A stretch of DNA of 64,000 nt from a bacterium (GTDB taxonomy: Bacteria; UBA8248). The translations under genes were made by a program, and so were the position numbers. Location: assembly GCA_963692865.2 (NCBI GenBank), contig OY843592.1:2176001-2240000 (forward strand). The letters run 5' to 3'. Under the pieces are notes generated by a model, which did no database searches, was not told where the DNA came from, and saw nothing but the letters and a program-made list of their open reading frames with translations. Numbering within the stretch: the stretch's first letter is position 1; the number at the start of each line of letters is the position of its first letter. This document shows, piece by piece, positions 50,570 through 60,590 of the stretch.

Positions 50570-51391
50570 TTACTTTCTCGCGTGGTCCTGAATCCACACC
50601 TTGACGCGGGGGAACACGTACTCGTCCACGACCCCCCACGCGCCGCCGTCCACCTTGGCGGGCGGGTCGTACTTGCCCGCTTCGAGGTCTTCCATGTTCT
50701 GCGCCATCTCGCCGATGATGGAGGGGTCCGGATAGGGGTCGGTGTGGCCCGAGGTGATCCAGCGCACCTCGTTCTCCGCGGCGACCTTCTCGAGCTTGCG
50801 CAGCGAGGGCGCGTAGTCGGAGAGCACCGCCGTGGGCACCTGGAGGAAGAGGTATTCCTCGCAGCGGATCAGATCGCCCGAGACGAGAATCTTCTCACGC
50901 TCGTCGTAGAGCGAGATGCTGCAGGGCGAATGGCCAGGCGTCTCGTATACGTGGAACTTCCGGTTGCCCAGGTCGAACGTGTCGCCCTCTTGGAGCGTCC
51001 AGCCGAACGTGGCGGGTTTGATGCCGTAGGCCTCCTCGTCGAACCAGTCGGGGAAGGTGTTTCCGTTCTTTTTCCACATGTTCAGGAAGCCTTGTTCGAG
51101 TTTCGAGAAATCGTTGGCGAGCAGGTCCTTGCCGACGGGGTGGACGCCCACGCGCTCCCACTGCGAGGCCGCGCCCAGGTGGTCCCAGTGGGTGTGGGTG
51201 AGGACGAAGTCGATGGGCTTGTCCGTGATGCTCTCGTAGAGTTTCCTTAAGTTAGCAATCCCGATGCCGCCGTCGATGGCGACCGCCCTGTCGTCTCCTT
51301 CGAGGAGGAGCATGTTGAACCTGCCGCCTTCTGTGATTTGATAGCTGCCCGGTGCGAAATTGTTGACGGAATACCAGTCCTGGGTTTCCAT
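50570..51391 (-). CDS. MBL-fold metallo-hydrolase, tandem paralog
   Basis: THTHWDH, TPGHS, VSGD, SGH. Confidence 0.9.
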   Translation of the reverse strand: METQDWYSVNNFAPGSYQITEGGRFNMLLLEGDDRAVAIDGGIGIANLRKLYESITDKPIDFVLTHTHWDHLGAASQWERVGVHPVGKDLLANDFSKLEQGFLNMWKKNGNTFPDWFDEEAYGIKPATFGWTLQEGDTFDLGNRKFHVYETPGHSPCSISLYDEREKILVSGDLIRCEEYLFLQVPTAVLSDYAPSLRKLEKVAAENEVRWITSGHTDPYPDPSIIGEMAQNMEDLEAGKYDPPAKVDGGAWGVVDEYVFPRVKVWIQDHARK

Positions 51392-51514
51392 GGAAGCGCC
51401 TTTCTGCTTGAGGGAATAAGAAATTATTCGCTTTTCGATAAGAGGCGTTCCCGCCCCTGTCGTTTGTACGAATCGATGGCCCTAATCTAGCCCCATTGCC
51501 CCGCCCGAATCAAG

Positions 51515-51945
51515 CGAGGGAGTTGTTGAAAAAGTCCTCTCTGCTTCATCCTGAGTAGCGGCCCTTCGACAGGCTCAGGACAGGCTCCGCCGTCCCCCCG
51601 CCTTCCTCATCCTGAGTAGGCGCGTAAGCGCCGTATCGAAGGATGCTCTCTCGCGTCGGCGCGAGGCGTTCGATTCCCCTCGCCCTTCGATACGCCGCCT
51701 CCGGCGGCTACTCAGGGTGAGGAAAGAAGCGTTTGCGTTCTGCAAGGGGGGAGTAGAGTCTCCCGAAGGTTCGTAGGGACAGGCCCCTGTGCCTGTCCGC
51801 TGTGGAGGTTCCTCCCCGGTTACCCAATCGGGCGGCCACGGGGGGCCGCCCCTACGGTGAACAATTCGGTGCGTGGATTCCATCCCCATGGAGGCTTTTT
51901 CAACCCCCCCAACCCCCCTCGCCAGGGGGGCTTTTTCAACGGCCC
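51515..51945. repeat. Composite repeat cluster
   Basis: TIRs, TCATCCTGAGTAG...CTACTCAGGGTGA hairpins, GTAG hairpins. Confidence 0.85.
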
Positions 51946-51965
51946 ATTCCCGCCGCCCGGCGGCC

Positions 51966-52877
51966 TCAGCCCTTGAAAACCGGCGCGGGCTGGCTGAAGA
52001 ATCGCTCGATCAAGTAGAAGACGATGTTATGGTTTTTCTCCTGCAGGCTCGCGTGGGCGACCCCGGGCATCATGACGAACTGCTTGTCCGGATTCGGCAG
52101 CAGCCCGAAGAACGCCATCAGGTCGTCGAGATGGGCGATGCCGTCGAACTCCCCGCGCGCGATCATCACGGGAGCGGTGATTTTCTCAGGCTTCACCAGC
52201 GGCAGCCGCTCGCACATGTCGATGTAGGTTCCGTTGGGGATCGTATCGTCGAGCGCGCAGATGGCCTTTGCGAATTCATCGACGACGTCGCGGTAGGCCG
52301 TGCCGGGATGATCGCGCGTGAAGATGCTCTTGATGAACTCCGGGTTCACGGGCCTTCTGGAAGTCGAGGCCACGCCCTGGAACCGCTTGCGTCTTTGCTC
52401 AAGCGTCGGGCTTCCTTCGCCCGTCCAGACGAAGGCGTCCAGGATCAGCCGCTTCACGCGCCGGGGGTTTTTCTGCGCGAACAGGGCGGCCCTGAGCGCG
52501 CCGGACGAGATGCCGTAGAGGTGTACCGCGTTCTTTCTGCTGATTCGCCGGATCACGTTCGCCGCCGCCAGAACGTCCCTGGCGCCGCGCTCGATACCGC
52601 AGGAGACCCGCCTCGACTTGGTGGATCTCCCGTAGCCCTCGCAGTCCACGCACCAGACGTCGTAGCCGCGCTCGGCGAGATGGTCCATCAGGGAGTATCC
52701 GGGCCGGGTCTTCACCTGGAGGTCGAACGTGGGCGTGGAGGCCATGGACGAGCCGTGCACGAGGAGCACCGCGTCCCCTGGTGATTCTGCGCCCTCTTTT
52801 CGCTTCCTCCACAGGAACAGATCGGCGCCGTCGTGATGCGCCCGGTGCTCTTCGCCCGTGATTTTCGTTTTCGGCAT
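51966..52877 (-). CDS. Alpha/beta hydrolase
   Basis: VHGSS, EGYGRS, GISSG nucleophile elbow, GEFD, H. Confidence 0.85.
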   Translation of the reverse strand: MPKTKITGEEHRAHHDGADLFLWRKRKEGAESPGDAVLLVHGSSMASTPTFDLQVKTRPGYSLMDHLAERGYDVWCVDCEGYGRSTKSRRVSCGIERGARDVLAAANVIRRISRKNAVHLYGISSGALRAALFAQKNPRRVKRLILDAFVWTGEGSPTLEQRRKRFQGVASTSRRPVNPEFIKSIFTRDHPGTAYRDVVDEFAKAICALDDTIPNGTYIDMCERLPLVKPEKITAPVMIARGEFDGIAHLDDLMAFFGLLPNPDKQFVMMPGVAHASLQEKNHNIVFYLIERFFSQPAPVFKG

Positions 52878-52979
52878 GGGTATCCTTCCTCTAGGTGGGT
52901 TATCGCAAAAGTTATCTTCGCTCGGTCGAACCCTCATTCATCAATCGGGTTCGACCTCCCTTATCGGTTGGAATCGATC

Positions 52980-53310
52980 ATCGCCGTCATTCCGGCGTCA
53001 TTGTCGTTTTATTGTAGGGGCATGCGACCCAGCCTTTTTGCCGCTCGTCATGGGCCGCATATATGCGGCCCCTACAGTCGAGATTACATACCGTCATTCC
53101 GGCGAAAGCCGGAATCCATTTTTCCGCCTTTTGCTTTTCGTCAGGGTTCCCGCGCATCGGCGGGGAGTGAAACGCTGTCTTTCATTCACCCGCGCCCGCA
53201 AATGGATTCCGGCTTTCGCCGGAATGACGAACAAAAACCAAATTCGTCGTGAGTCCCGAGAAGAGAACGCCGTCTACCGTAGGGACAGGTCGCGACCTGT
53301 CCCTACAACA
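52980..53310. repeat. CGTC and GTAG REP hairpin cluster
   Basis: CGTCATTCCGGCGAAAGCCGGAATCC...GGATTCCGGCTTTCGCCGGAATGACG; GTAGGGACAGGTCGCGACCTGTCCCTAC. Confidence 0.85.
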
Positions 53311-53470
53311 AACGTAAATCCTCTCGCATTGGACTTTTCCATCGGGCATTCCCCTTGGGATGCCCGACCCCTCGATGTGGAAATCGTTTGTATAAGCGGC
53401 GTTCCTGTGGGATTCTCGGTTCAGCGTAATATGGGCGCGCGAAGATGAACAATCACGAAAGGAGAATTTT

Positions 53471-53881
53471 GTGGAATTCAGATACGACCACGTGCACTAC
53501 CTGACGCGCGACGTCCGCGCCATGGCGGATTTCTTCGAGCATGTCTTCGAGTTGGAACTGATCTCCTACGAGGAGTATTTCAAGGGCGCGCCCTACGCCA
53601 TCTTGAAACTCGGCGAAGGGGACCTGCGAATCAGGGGGTACCGCCCGGACGATGAACCCGACGCCGTGGCGCCTGAATTGACCCACGGACTCGACCATCT
53701 GGGCGTCGCGGTGGACGACGTCGTGGCGGCGGTCGCCCGGCTCGAAGAGCGCGGCGCCGAAGTCTCGATGCCGCCCGTGGCCGCGGGCGTGGGCGGGCGG
53801 ATGATCGCCTTCATCAAGGGGCCGGAGAACATCCGCGTCGAGATATGCGAGCGGCCGCGCAAGTCCGGGGAGAGCGATTGA
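53471..53881 (+). CDS. VOC/glyoxalase family protein
   Basis: DHVH, GLDHLGVAVDD, FIKGPEN.RVE. Confidence 0.88.
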   Translation: MEFRYDHVHYLTRDVRAMADFFEHVFELELISYEEYFKGAPYAILKLGEGDLRIRGYRPDDEPDAVAPELTHGLDHLGVAVDDVVAAVARLEERGAEVSMPPVAAGVGGRMIAFIKGPENIRVEICERPRKSGESD

Positions 53882-54798
53882 ACAGCCCCCCGGCCTCACC
53901 GAAGCCATCCGCCGATTCGGGAATGACGCTCGAACTGGTGCTGGGCTCGCTCCTCCTCACGACGGTGTGGGGCATGGCGCAGCCCGTCATCAAGGGCGCC
54001 TATGCGGGCGTAACCCCCTACGCCATGATATGGATGCGCTGCTGCGCGGGGGTGCTGACCCTCACGCTCTACAGGCTGCTGATGCGCGTTCCCGAGAGCG
54101 TGACCCACCACGACCCCTGGCGGGAGAAGGGACACCGCATCCTGAACGCCCTCATGCACAACGCCTACGTCTGGTTCCTCTACCAGGGGATGTTCGGAAC
54201 AGCCGCCGCGCGCGCCTCGGTGCTGCTCTACACGCAGCCCGTCTGGGTGATGCTGCTGAGCGCCCTCTTTCTCACCGGCGAGCGCATCACCCTCGTGCGG
54301 GCGCTGGGCTTCGCGACGGCGATGGCGGGCACCGTCACCGTCTTCTCGCACAGCCTCGACGCGGGCGGCTCCATGCGGGCCGATTTCTTCATCCTCATCG
54401 CCGCCGCCGGCTGGGCGACGCAGACGATCCACTACCGCCGGTATCTGAGTAATTCCGACGTCACCTCGATCGCCAGGTGGTCCATGCTCATCGGCGCGCC
54501 GACTTATTTCCTCCTCTCTTTCTCCCAGCCCGATTTCGGGATCACCCATATCGGCGGCCCGCAGATCTTCGCGGTGATCTACATGGGCGTCATAGCGAGC
54601 GCGCTGCTCCTGGCCTACTGGGGCCACTTGCTGCTCCGGTATTCACCCGCCAAGATATCGGTGTTCTTCTTCATGACGCCCATCGTCGGCGTGGCGGGGA
54701 GCGCCCTCTACCTGGGCGAGCAACTGGGCTGGCATCTGCTGGTCGGCGCGGCGCTTACGGCGGCGGGCGTGTGGCTCGTTACGGGGGAGAGGAGGTAG
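53878..54798 (+). CDS. DMT/EamA family transporter
   Basis: VWG, YTQP, GER, MTP..GV..LGE; TTGA overlap with the VOC gene. Confidence 0.85.
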   Translation: MNSPPASPKPSADSGMTLELVLGSLLLTTVWGMAQPVIKGAYAGVTPYAMIWMRCCAGVLTLTLYRLLMRVPESVTHHDPWREKGHRILNALMHNAYVWFLYQGMFGTAAARASVLLYTQPVWVMLLSALFLTGERITLVRALGFATAMAGTVTVFSHSLDAGGSMRADFFILIAAAGWATQTIHYRRYLSNSDVTSIARWSMLIGAPTYFLLSFSQPDFGITHIGGPQIFAVIYMGVIASALLLAYWGHLLLRYSPAKISVFFFMTPIVGVAGSALYLGEQLGWHLLVGAALTAAGVWLVTGERR

Positions 54799-54829
54799 GG
54801 CGGGCCTTCCTCCGCAAGCACGAGATTCC

Positions 54830-55270
54830 CCCATAAGGGCCGTTCGCGAACGGCCCCTCCGAAACCATCGCCCCCGTTTGCCGATGCCCGTCATCCCGGC
54901 TTTCGCCGGAATGACGGGGATGGTCAATTCCGAGCGAGGAGGGTTTTTTCAACAACCCCGGAAGGGGGGGATTGCCGGTTCGCCCACCGCCTGAACCGGG
55001 CGCCTTTCCCTCACCCTGCGCAGCCCCTCCCGACTCGCTTCATCCTGAGTAGCGGCGAAGCCGCGTATCGAAGGCGCGAACCCGACCGATGAGGGGTTGT
55101 TGAAAAGGCCGGAGAGAGACAATTTGTTTGTAGGTGACAACCCCTCCTTGGGGTTGTCCCACGCATATCATGCGACCCGTATTGTGAAGTCGAAAAGGCA
55201 GGGCCGCATAATATGCGGCCCCTACGGTGAGATACCGACTGGCCCGTAAGAGCTTTTTCAACAGCCCCTT
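54830..55270. repeat. Composite repeat cluster with TIR MITEs
   Basis: TIRs at about 54945, 55093 and 55255; REP hairpins. Confidence 0.85.
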
Positions 55271-55344
55271 CCCAGTCGCGTTTGACCTCCGGCGGCTGCT
55301 CTGGGTGAGGGATTGCCGGGAGGTTGGTCGAGCGGAAAGCAGGG

Positions 55345-56649
55345 CTAGTCGGCCGCGTCCTCGCCGCGGGCGTGCGCCAGCTCGCGCGCGCTCGGATTCA
55401 CCGACGGGCGGAAGGGCACCTCGCAAACCTGCGCGCGGTCGGGCCGCCCCGGCTCGCCGGCGTACTCGTCCGGCAGCCAGACCAGCAGCTCGGTACCGAC
55501 CGCCGACTTGCCGATCGGCACGTAACCCAGCGCGATGTTGGACCCCAACTCGGGGGCGTGCCACGGGGAAGTCAGGTAGCCGATCGGGTCGCCTCCGTCG
55601 GCGTCCGAGACCAGCCAGAAGTCGGGCGCGTAGTCGTCGATCGGCTTGCCGCCCAGCTTCATGCCCACCATCACCATCGAGAACGGCGGACGCCCCGCGG
55701 CGATCTCGGCGCGCATCCGTTCGAGGGCCGCCCGGCCGATGTAGTCGCCCTGCTTCTTGCGCGGCACCTGATAGGCCAGGTTGCACTGGAAAGGCGCCGT
55801 CTCGTGGTCGATGTCCTGCCCCCAGGACAGGATGCCGGCCTGGATGCGGCGCTGATGGCCGGGGGCGGTGACCATCAGCCGGTGCGGCTCCCCCGCGTCG
55901 AGCACCGCGCGCCACAGCTTCTCGGCGTGCAGGGTGGCGTCGCGCAGATAGATCTCGTAGCCCTTCTCTCCCGAGAAGCCGGATTGGGTTACGACCACCC
56001 GGCAGCCCTCGATCTCGGCTTCAAGGATGCCGTAGTAGGGGATGTTCCGGACGCCGTCGCCCACCAGATCGACCATCAGCGCGAGCGACTTCGGCCCCTG
56101 TATCTGCAGCGGGCAGACGTCGATCTCGTTGATTTCCACGTCCATCCGCTTCCCGACGTTGACGCCTTGCAGCCACAACAGCATGTCGGAGTCCGCCAGC
56201 GAGAACCAGAATTCCTCCTCGGTCAGGCGCAACAGGACCGGGTCGTTCAGTATCCCGCCCTTCTCGTTGCAGAGAATGACGTACTTCGCCTGCATCGGCC
56301 TGATGCGGGTCGCGTCGCGGGTAATGACGTAGTCGACGAACCGCTCCGCATCCGGTCCCTTGACCTGGATCTGCCGCTCGACCGCGACGTTCCAAAGCGT
56401 CACGTGGTTCGTCAGCGCCTCGTGCTCGACGGCCGCGCCGCCCGCCTCCGGCCTGACGTAGCCGCGCGGATGGTAGATGCGGTTGTAGACCGTGGCCCGC
56501 CAGCAGCCCGCGTCGTGGGACAGATGCCAGTAGGGCGACTTCCGCACCCGCGTGGAGATGAGCAGCTCCGTGGGCGTCCGGCCGCTCTGGCGCAGGTTGA
56601 TGGGAACGATTCGGTCGGACTGGTCTACGCTGCGCGGCTGGCCACTCAT
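55345..56649 (-). CDS. GcvT/DmdA-like THF-dependent methyltransferase
   Basis: RVRKSP..TVYN..HP, VTLWNVAVERQI, GGILNDP, QGPKS, SGFSGEKGYE; GGAGGAG RBS. Confidence 0.85.
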   Translation of the reverse strand: MSGQPRSVDQSDRIVPINLRQSGRTPTELLISTRVRKSPYWHLSHDAGCWRATVYNRIYHPRGYVRPEAGGAAVEHEALTNHVTLWNVAVERQIQVKGPDAERFVDYVITRDATRIRPMQAKYVILCNEKGGILNDPVLLRLTEEEFWFSLADSDMLLWLQGVNVGKRMDVEINEIDVCPLQIQGPKSLALMVDLVGDGVRNIPYYGILEAEIEGCRVVVTQSGFSGEKGYEIYLRDATLHAEKLWRAVLDAGEPHRLMVTAPGHQRRIQAGILSWGQDIDHETAPFQCNLAYQVPRKKQGDYIGRAALERMRAEIAAGRPPFSMVMVGMKLGGKPIDDYAPDFWLVSDADGGDPIGYLTSPWHAPELGSNIALGYVPIGKSAVGTELLVWLPDEYAGEPGRPDRAQVCEVPFRPSVNPSARELAHARGEDAAD

Positions 56650-56844
56650 GGCTCCTCCTGCTCCGCCGCGCCTTCCGGCTTTCCGGCGCGGCTCCGGTAC
56701 GCGGTCGACTCGCAATGATTCGGCGGCAGCGGCTGCGCCGACCGCGGCGCAACTGATGCCGAAAGCGGGCGGCGACCCGATGCCGCCGACCCCTCGGGGT
56801 GCGGGTTCGCCGCCGCTGCCGGGGCGCTCCCGACTCTCACTACA

Positions 56845-56889
56845 CTTGAAAACGGGGTTAATTATATGCCATATATGCAATGTTTCAAG
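56845..56889. promoter_or_regulatory. Palindromic operator candidate in the divergent intergenic region
   Basis: CTTGAAA...TATATG-C-CATATA...TTTCAAG, an AT-rich island in GC-rich DNA. Confidence 0.5.
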
Positions 56890-57022
56890 GCCGAACTTCC
56901 GGTCAGGGCGTGATGTGGACGCCCATGCCGCTCATGGGGGCAAGACCGGGAGCCTGCGCGATCGACTCCGGGGCCGGGCATGTAGCGAGTCGTGACCGTC
57001 ATGCGTACGCGGGGGATCAGCT

Positions 57023-59575
57023 TTGAAAGACGCCATCAACAATCCATCCGAGAGCGCTTCGCCGCCGCCGGGGCGGGCGACGATCGCCGTGATCGGCGCC
57101 GGCATCGTCGGCAACTGCCTGGTGCGGCACCTGGCGGATCTGGGGTGGGACGACCTGGTGCTGATCGACAAGGGGCCGCTGCCCAACCCCGGTGGTTCGA
57201 CCGGCCACGCGTCGAACTTCATCTTCCCCACCGATCACAACCGTGAAATCGCGATGCTGACGCTGGAGAGCCAGCGCCAGTACGCCGCGCTCGGCGTCAA
57301 CACCACGTGCGGCGGCATCGAAGTGGCGCGCACGGATGCCCGCATGGAGGAGTTGCGCCGGCGGATGACCTCGGCTCTGTGCTGGGGCATCAAGGCCGAG
57401 CTGCTTGATCCCGCCGAGGTGGTCGCCAAGGTGCCGTTCGTGAACGGCGACGTGATCCTGGGCGGCTTCTACACGCCGAGCGTGTCGGTGGTCGACCCGG
57501 TCCGGGCGGGCGCCATCATGCGTGAGGAGGCGCTGGCCAGGGGAGCGCTGACCGTGCTGGACAACACCGAGGTCACGGGGCTTGAGGTATCGCGCCCGCC
57601 GTTCGGCCGTCCGCGCGTCCGGGCTGTGGAGACGACGCGCGGCGCAATAGAGGTGGAGCAGGTGGTGATTGCGTGCGGCGTCTGGAGCCCGCGAGTCGCC
57701 GCGCTCGCCGGAGCGACCATCCCGCTTACCCCGGCGGTGCACCAGATGGCCGACATGGGCTCGATCGACCTGTTGCAGAAGACGGGAAACGAGATCGGCT
57801 ATCCGATTGTCCGCGACATGGACAACTTCATGTACGAGCGGCAGCGTCACGGGGTGATGGAGATCGGCTCGTACGCCCATCGCCCCATCCTGGTGCGGCC
57901 CGACGACATTCCTTCCCTTGCGGAGGCGGAGCGGACGCCCACCGAGCTGCCCTTCACCGGCGACGACTTCGCTCCGCAGCTCGCGCACGCCCGGACGATC
58001 ATGGGCGAGTTGCTCGCCGGTTCCGAAATGCAGTATTCGGTGAACGGACTGCTGTCCCTGACCCCGGACGCGCAGCAGGTGCTGGGCGAGACCGCCGAGG
58101 TGGAGAAGCTCTGGTCGGCGGCCGCGGTCTGGATCAGGGAGGGCCCCGGCTCCGCGCGCCTGATCGCCGAGTGGATCACCCACGGCTATCCGCGTCTGTG
58201 CGACCCGCACGGCTCGGACGTCACGCGGTTCTACCCGCACGAGCGAACCGAGCGCCACATCCGGGAGCGATGCCGCGAGCACTTCAACAAGACGTACGGG
58301 ATCGTGCATCCGCGCGAGCAGTGGGCGTCCGATCGCGGCATGAACCGGGCGCCGTTCCACGATCGCACCGCGGACCTGGGCGCCGAATTCTTCGAAGCGC
58401 GCGGCTGGGAGCGGCCCCAGTGGTACGCGTCGAACGAGGATCTGGTCGCCCGCTACGGCGTTTCGGATCGCCCGCACGAATGGGATCGCCGCTGGTGGTC
58501 GCCGATCATCAACGCGGAGCATCTCCACATGCGGGAGAAGGCCGGGATCGTGGATTTGAGCGCCTTCCAGATCTTCGACGTATCCGGCCCCGGCGTCGTG
58601 CCCTACCTGGAGCGGTTGACGGTCAACCCCTGCGACCGTCCGGTGGGCAGATCGATCTACACCCCGCTGTTGACGCCGGACGGCGGGATACGCGCCGACC
58701 TCACCATACAGAGGCTGGCGGAAGATCGGTTCCGCATCGTGACGGGCGCCTTCGACGGCGCGCGCGACGAGGCCTGGTTCCGCCGCCATCTGCCCGGGGA
58801 CGGCTCGGTTCAGTTCGAGAACCGGTCGTCGGCGCTGTGCACCATCGGGGTATGGGGGCCGGACGCCCGCGCGCTGCTCTCGGAGATCGCCGAAGCCCCG
58901 CTGACGCGGGAAGCGTTTCCGTACGGGACGGCGCAGGAGGCGCTTATCGACGGCGTTCCGACGACGATGCTGCGCATTTCCTACGTGGGCGAGAGCGGAT
59001 GGGAGATCTACGCGCCCACGTCGCAAGGCGCGCGCCTGTGGGACGCGATCCGGGAGGCGGGCCGCGCCTTCGACGCCCGGCCCGTCGGCATCGGCGTCTA
59101 CGGAACCACGGGACGCCTCGAGAAGGGATACGCGCTCATGGGCGCCGATCTCACGTCGGAGTACTCGCCGGTGGAGGCGGGCCTGGCGCGGCCCCGCGTG
59201 AAGGCCGCGGAGTTCATCGGGAAGCAGGCCTACCTGGAGGCGCGCGCCGAAGGTCCGGCGGCGAAGCTGTGCATGCTGACGGTCGACGATCACGCCGGCG
59301 AATCCGGGATGATGCGGTTCCCCGCCGGCGGCAGCGAACCGATACTGACGCTTGAGGACGAGCGCCTCGTCGACGCCAAAGGACGGGAGTCCTTCGTCAC
59401 CTCGGCCGGCATGGGGCCCTCCCTCGGCAAGCACCTCCTGCTGGCCTATCTGCCGATCGATCAGGCGGCGGCCGGCAACAAGCTGCAGGTGGTGTATATG
59501 AACGAGCGCCTCCCCGTGACCGTGGCGCCGCCCTCGGCGATGTTCGACCCCGAGAACGCCCGCATGAAAGCATAG
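57023..59575 (+). CDS. FAD-dependent oxidoreductase plus GcvT domain (dimethylglycine/sarcosine dehydrogenase-like)
   Basis: VIGAGIVG, GSTGHA (covalent-FAD His), GWERP, YVGESGWE, RLEKGY. Confidence 0.9.
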   Translation: MKDAINNPSESASPPPGRATIAVIGAGIVGNCLVRHLADLGWDDLVLIDKGPLPNPGGSTGHASNFIFPTDHNREIAMLTLESQRQYAALGVNTTCGGIEVARTDARMEELRRRMTSALCWGIKAELLDPAEVVAKVPFVNGDVILGGFYTPSVSVVDPVRAGAIMREEALARGALTVLDNTEVTGLEVSRPPFGRPRVRAVETTRGAIEVEQVVIACGVWSPRVAALAGATIPLTPAVHQMADMGSIDLLQKTGNEIGYPIVRDMDNFMYERQRHGVMEIGSYAHRPILVRPDDIPSLAEAERTPTELPFTGDDFAPQLAHARTIMGELLAGSEMQYSVNGLLSLTPDAQQVLGETAEVEKLWSAAAVWIREGPGSARLIAEWITHGYPRLCDPHGSDVTRFYPHERTERHIRERCREHFNKTYGIVHPREQWASDRGMNRAPFHDRTADLGAEFFEARGWERPQWYASNEDLVARYGVSDRPHEWDRRWWSPIINAEHLHMREKAGIVDLSAFQIFDVSGPGVVPYLERLTVNPCDRPVGRSIYTPLLTPDGGIRADLTIQRLAEDRFRIVTGAFDGARDEAWFRRHLPGDGSVQFENRSSALCTIGVWGPDARALLSEIAEAPLTREAFPYGTAQEALIDGVPTTMLRISYVGESGWEIYAPTSQGARLWDAIREAGRAFDARPVGIGVYGTTGRLEKGYALMGADLTSEYSPVEAGLARPRVKAAEFIGKQAYLEARAEGPAAKLCMLTVDDHAGESGMMRFPAGGSEPILTLEDERLVDAKGRESFVTSAGMGPSLGKHLLLAYLPIDQAAAGNKLQVVYMNERLPVTVAPPSAMFDPENARMKA

Positions 59576-59839
59576 CCGCCGCGGAAAGCGTCCCGGAGCA
59601 ACCGGGCGCATGCGGCGGGCCGCCGGGTTCGCCGGGTCGATTCGGCCCCGATCCCCGCATCTCCATACGGGCCCGCTGCAGATGAAACGCCGCAACCGAG
59701 AGGCCGGATGCGCGGCCGAGCCGGACCATCTTGCGCCAACCCCTCCCCAAAAACCGCTTGCGTTCTCGTGGGCGTCCATGTGCGGACGCACGGGTCCGCC
59801 TCTACGTTTCGTTTCGCAGAGGTTGGTAGGTGGCGCTCC

Positions 59840-60590
59840 CTCCTCGGGAGCGCTCCACACATATCATGCGACCCGCATTGTGAAGACGAAAAGGCAGGGC
59901 CGCATAATATGCGGCCCCTACGGTGAGCTCCCGACCGGCCCGCAAGGGCTTTTTCGACAACCCCGCAAACCGCCGACGCCTCTCTCCTCACCCTGAGTAG
60001 CCGCCGAAGGCGGCGTATCGAAGGGCCCTGTCCTGAGCCTGTCGAAGGGCGAGGAGAGTCGAACGCCTCGCGCCGAGGCGAGCGGGCATCCTTCGATACG
60101 CGGCTTCGGCGGCTAGTCAGGATGAGGCTGACAAGGCGGCATGCAAGACGAGGATTTGACACGACTGACGAGAAGCAAAAACCACTTCCCCCTTGAGGGG
60201 GTTGTTGAAAAACCCTGTTCCGGGGTCGGGCGGACACACAGGTCCCCGGACAGGCTCCTGCGCCTGTCCGGCTACGCGAGACACAATGGTTCTGTAGGGG
60301 AGGACCTGTGTGTCCGCCCTCGCCTGTCGTTCTGGTCGTGAGCCTGACGTAGGGGTCGCATATCATGCGACCCGCATATCGAACGGGGAGGGGCGCATAA
60401 TATGCGGCCCCTACACCGGCCCCTGCACCGACACCCGAATGAGACGTGTAGCAGGGATAACCCCGAAGAGGGGTTGTCCGAACCCTCCGTGGTTGTCCCC
60501 ATCGGACAGGCACGGAGGCCTGTCCCTACGGATATCGGTCGGTTACATCTTCCGAAATACGAAATCAGGGCTTTTTCGACACCCCGTCCA
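59840..60590. repeat. Composite repeat cluster
   Basis: Shares arms with the 21.5, 43, 51.6 and 55 kb clusters. Confidence 0.88.

Noticed and set aside
56650-57022. Glycine riboswitch before the GcvT-fold genes
   Set aside because: GC-rich hairpins are present but the glycine aptamer consensus was not recognisable.
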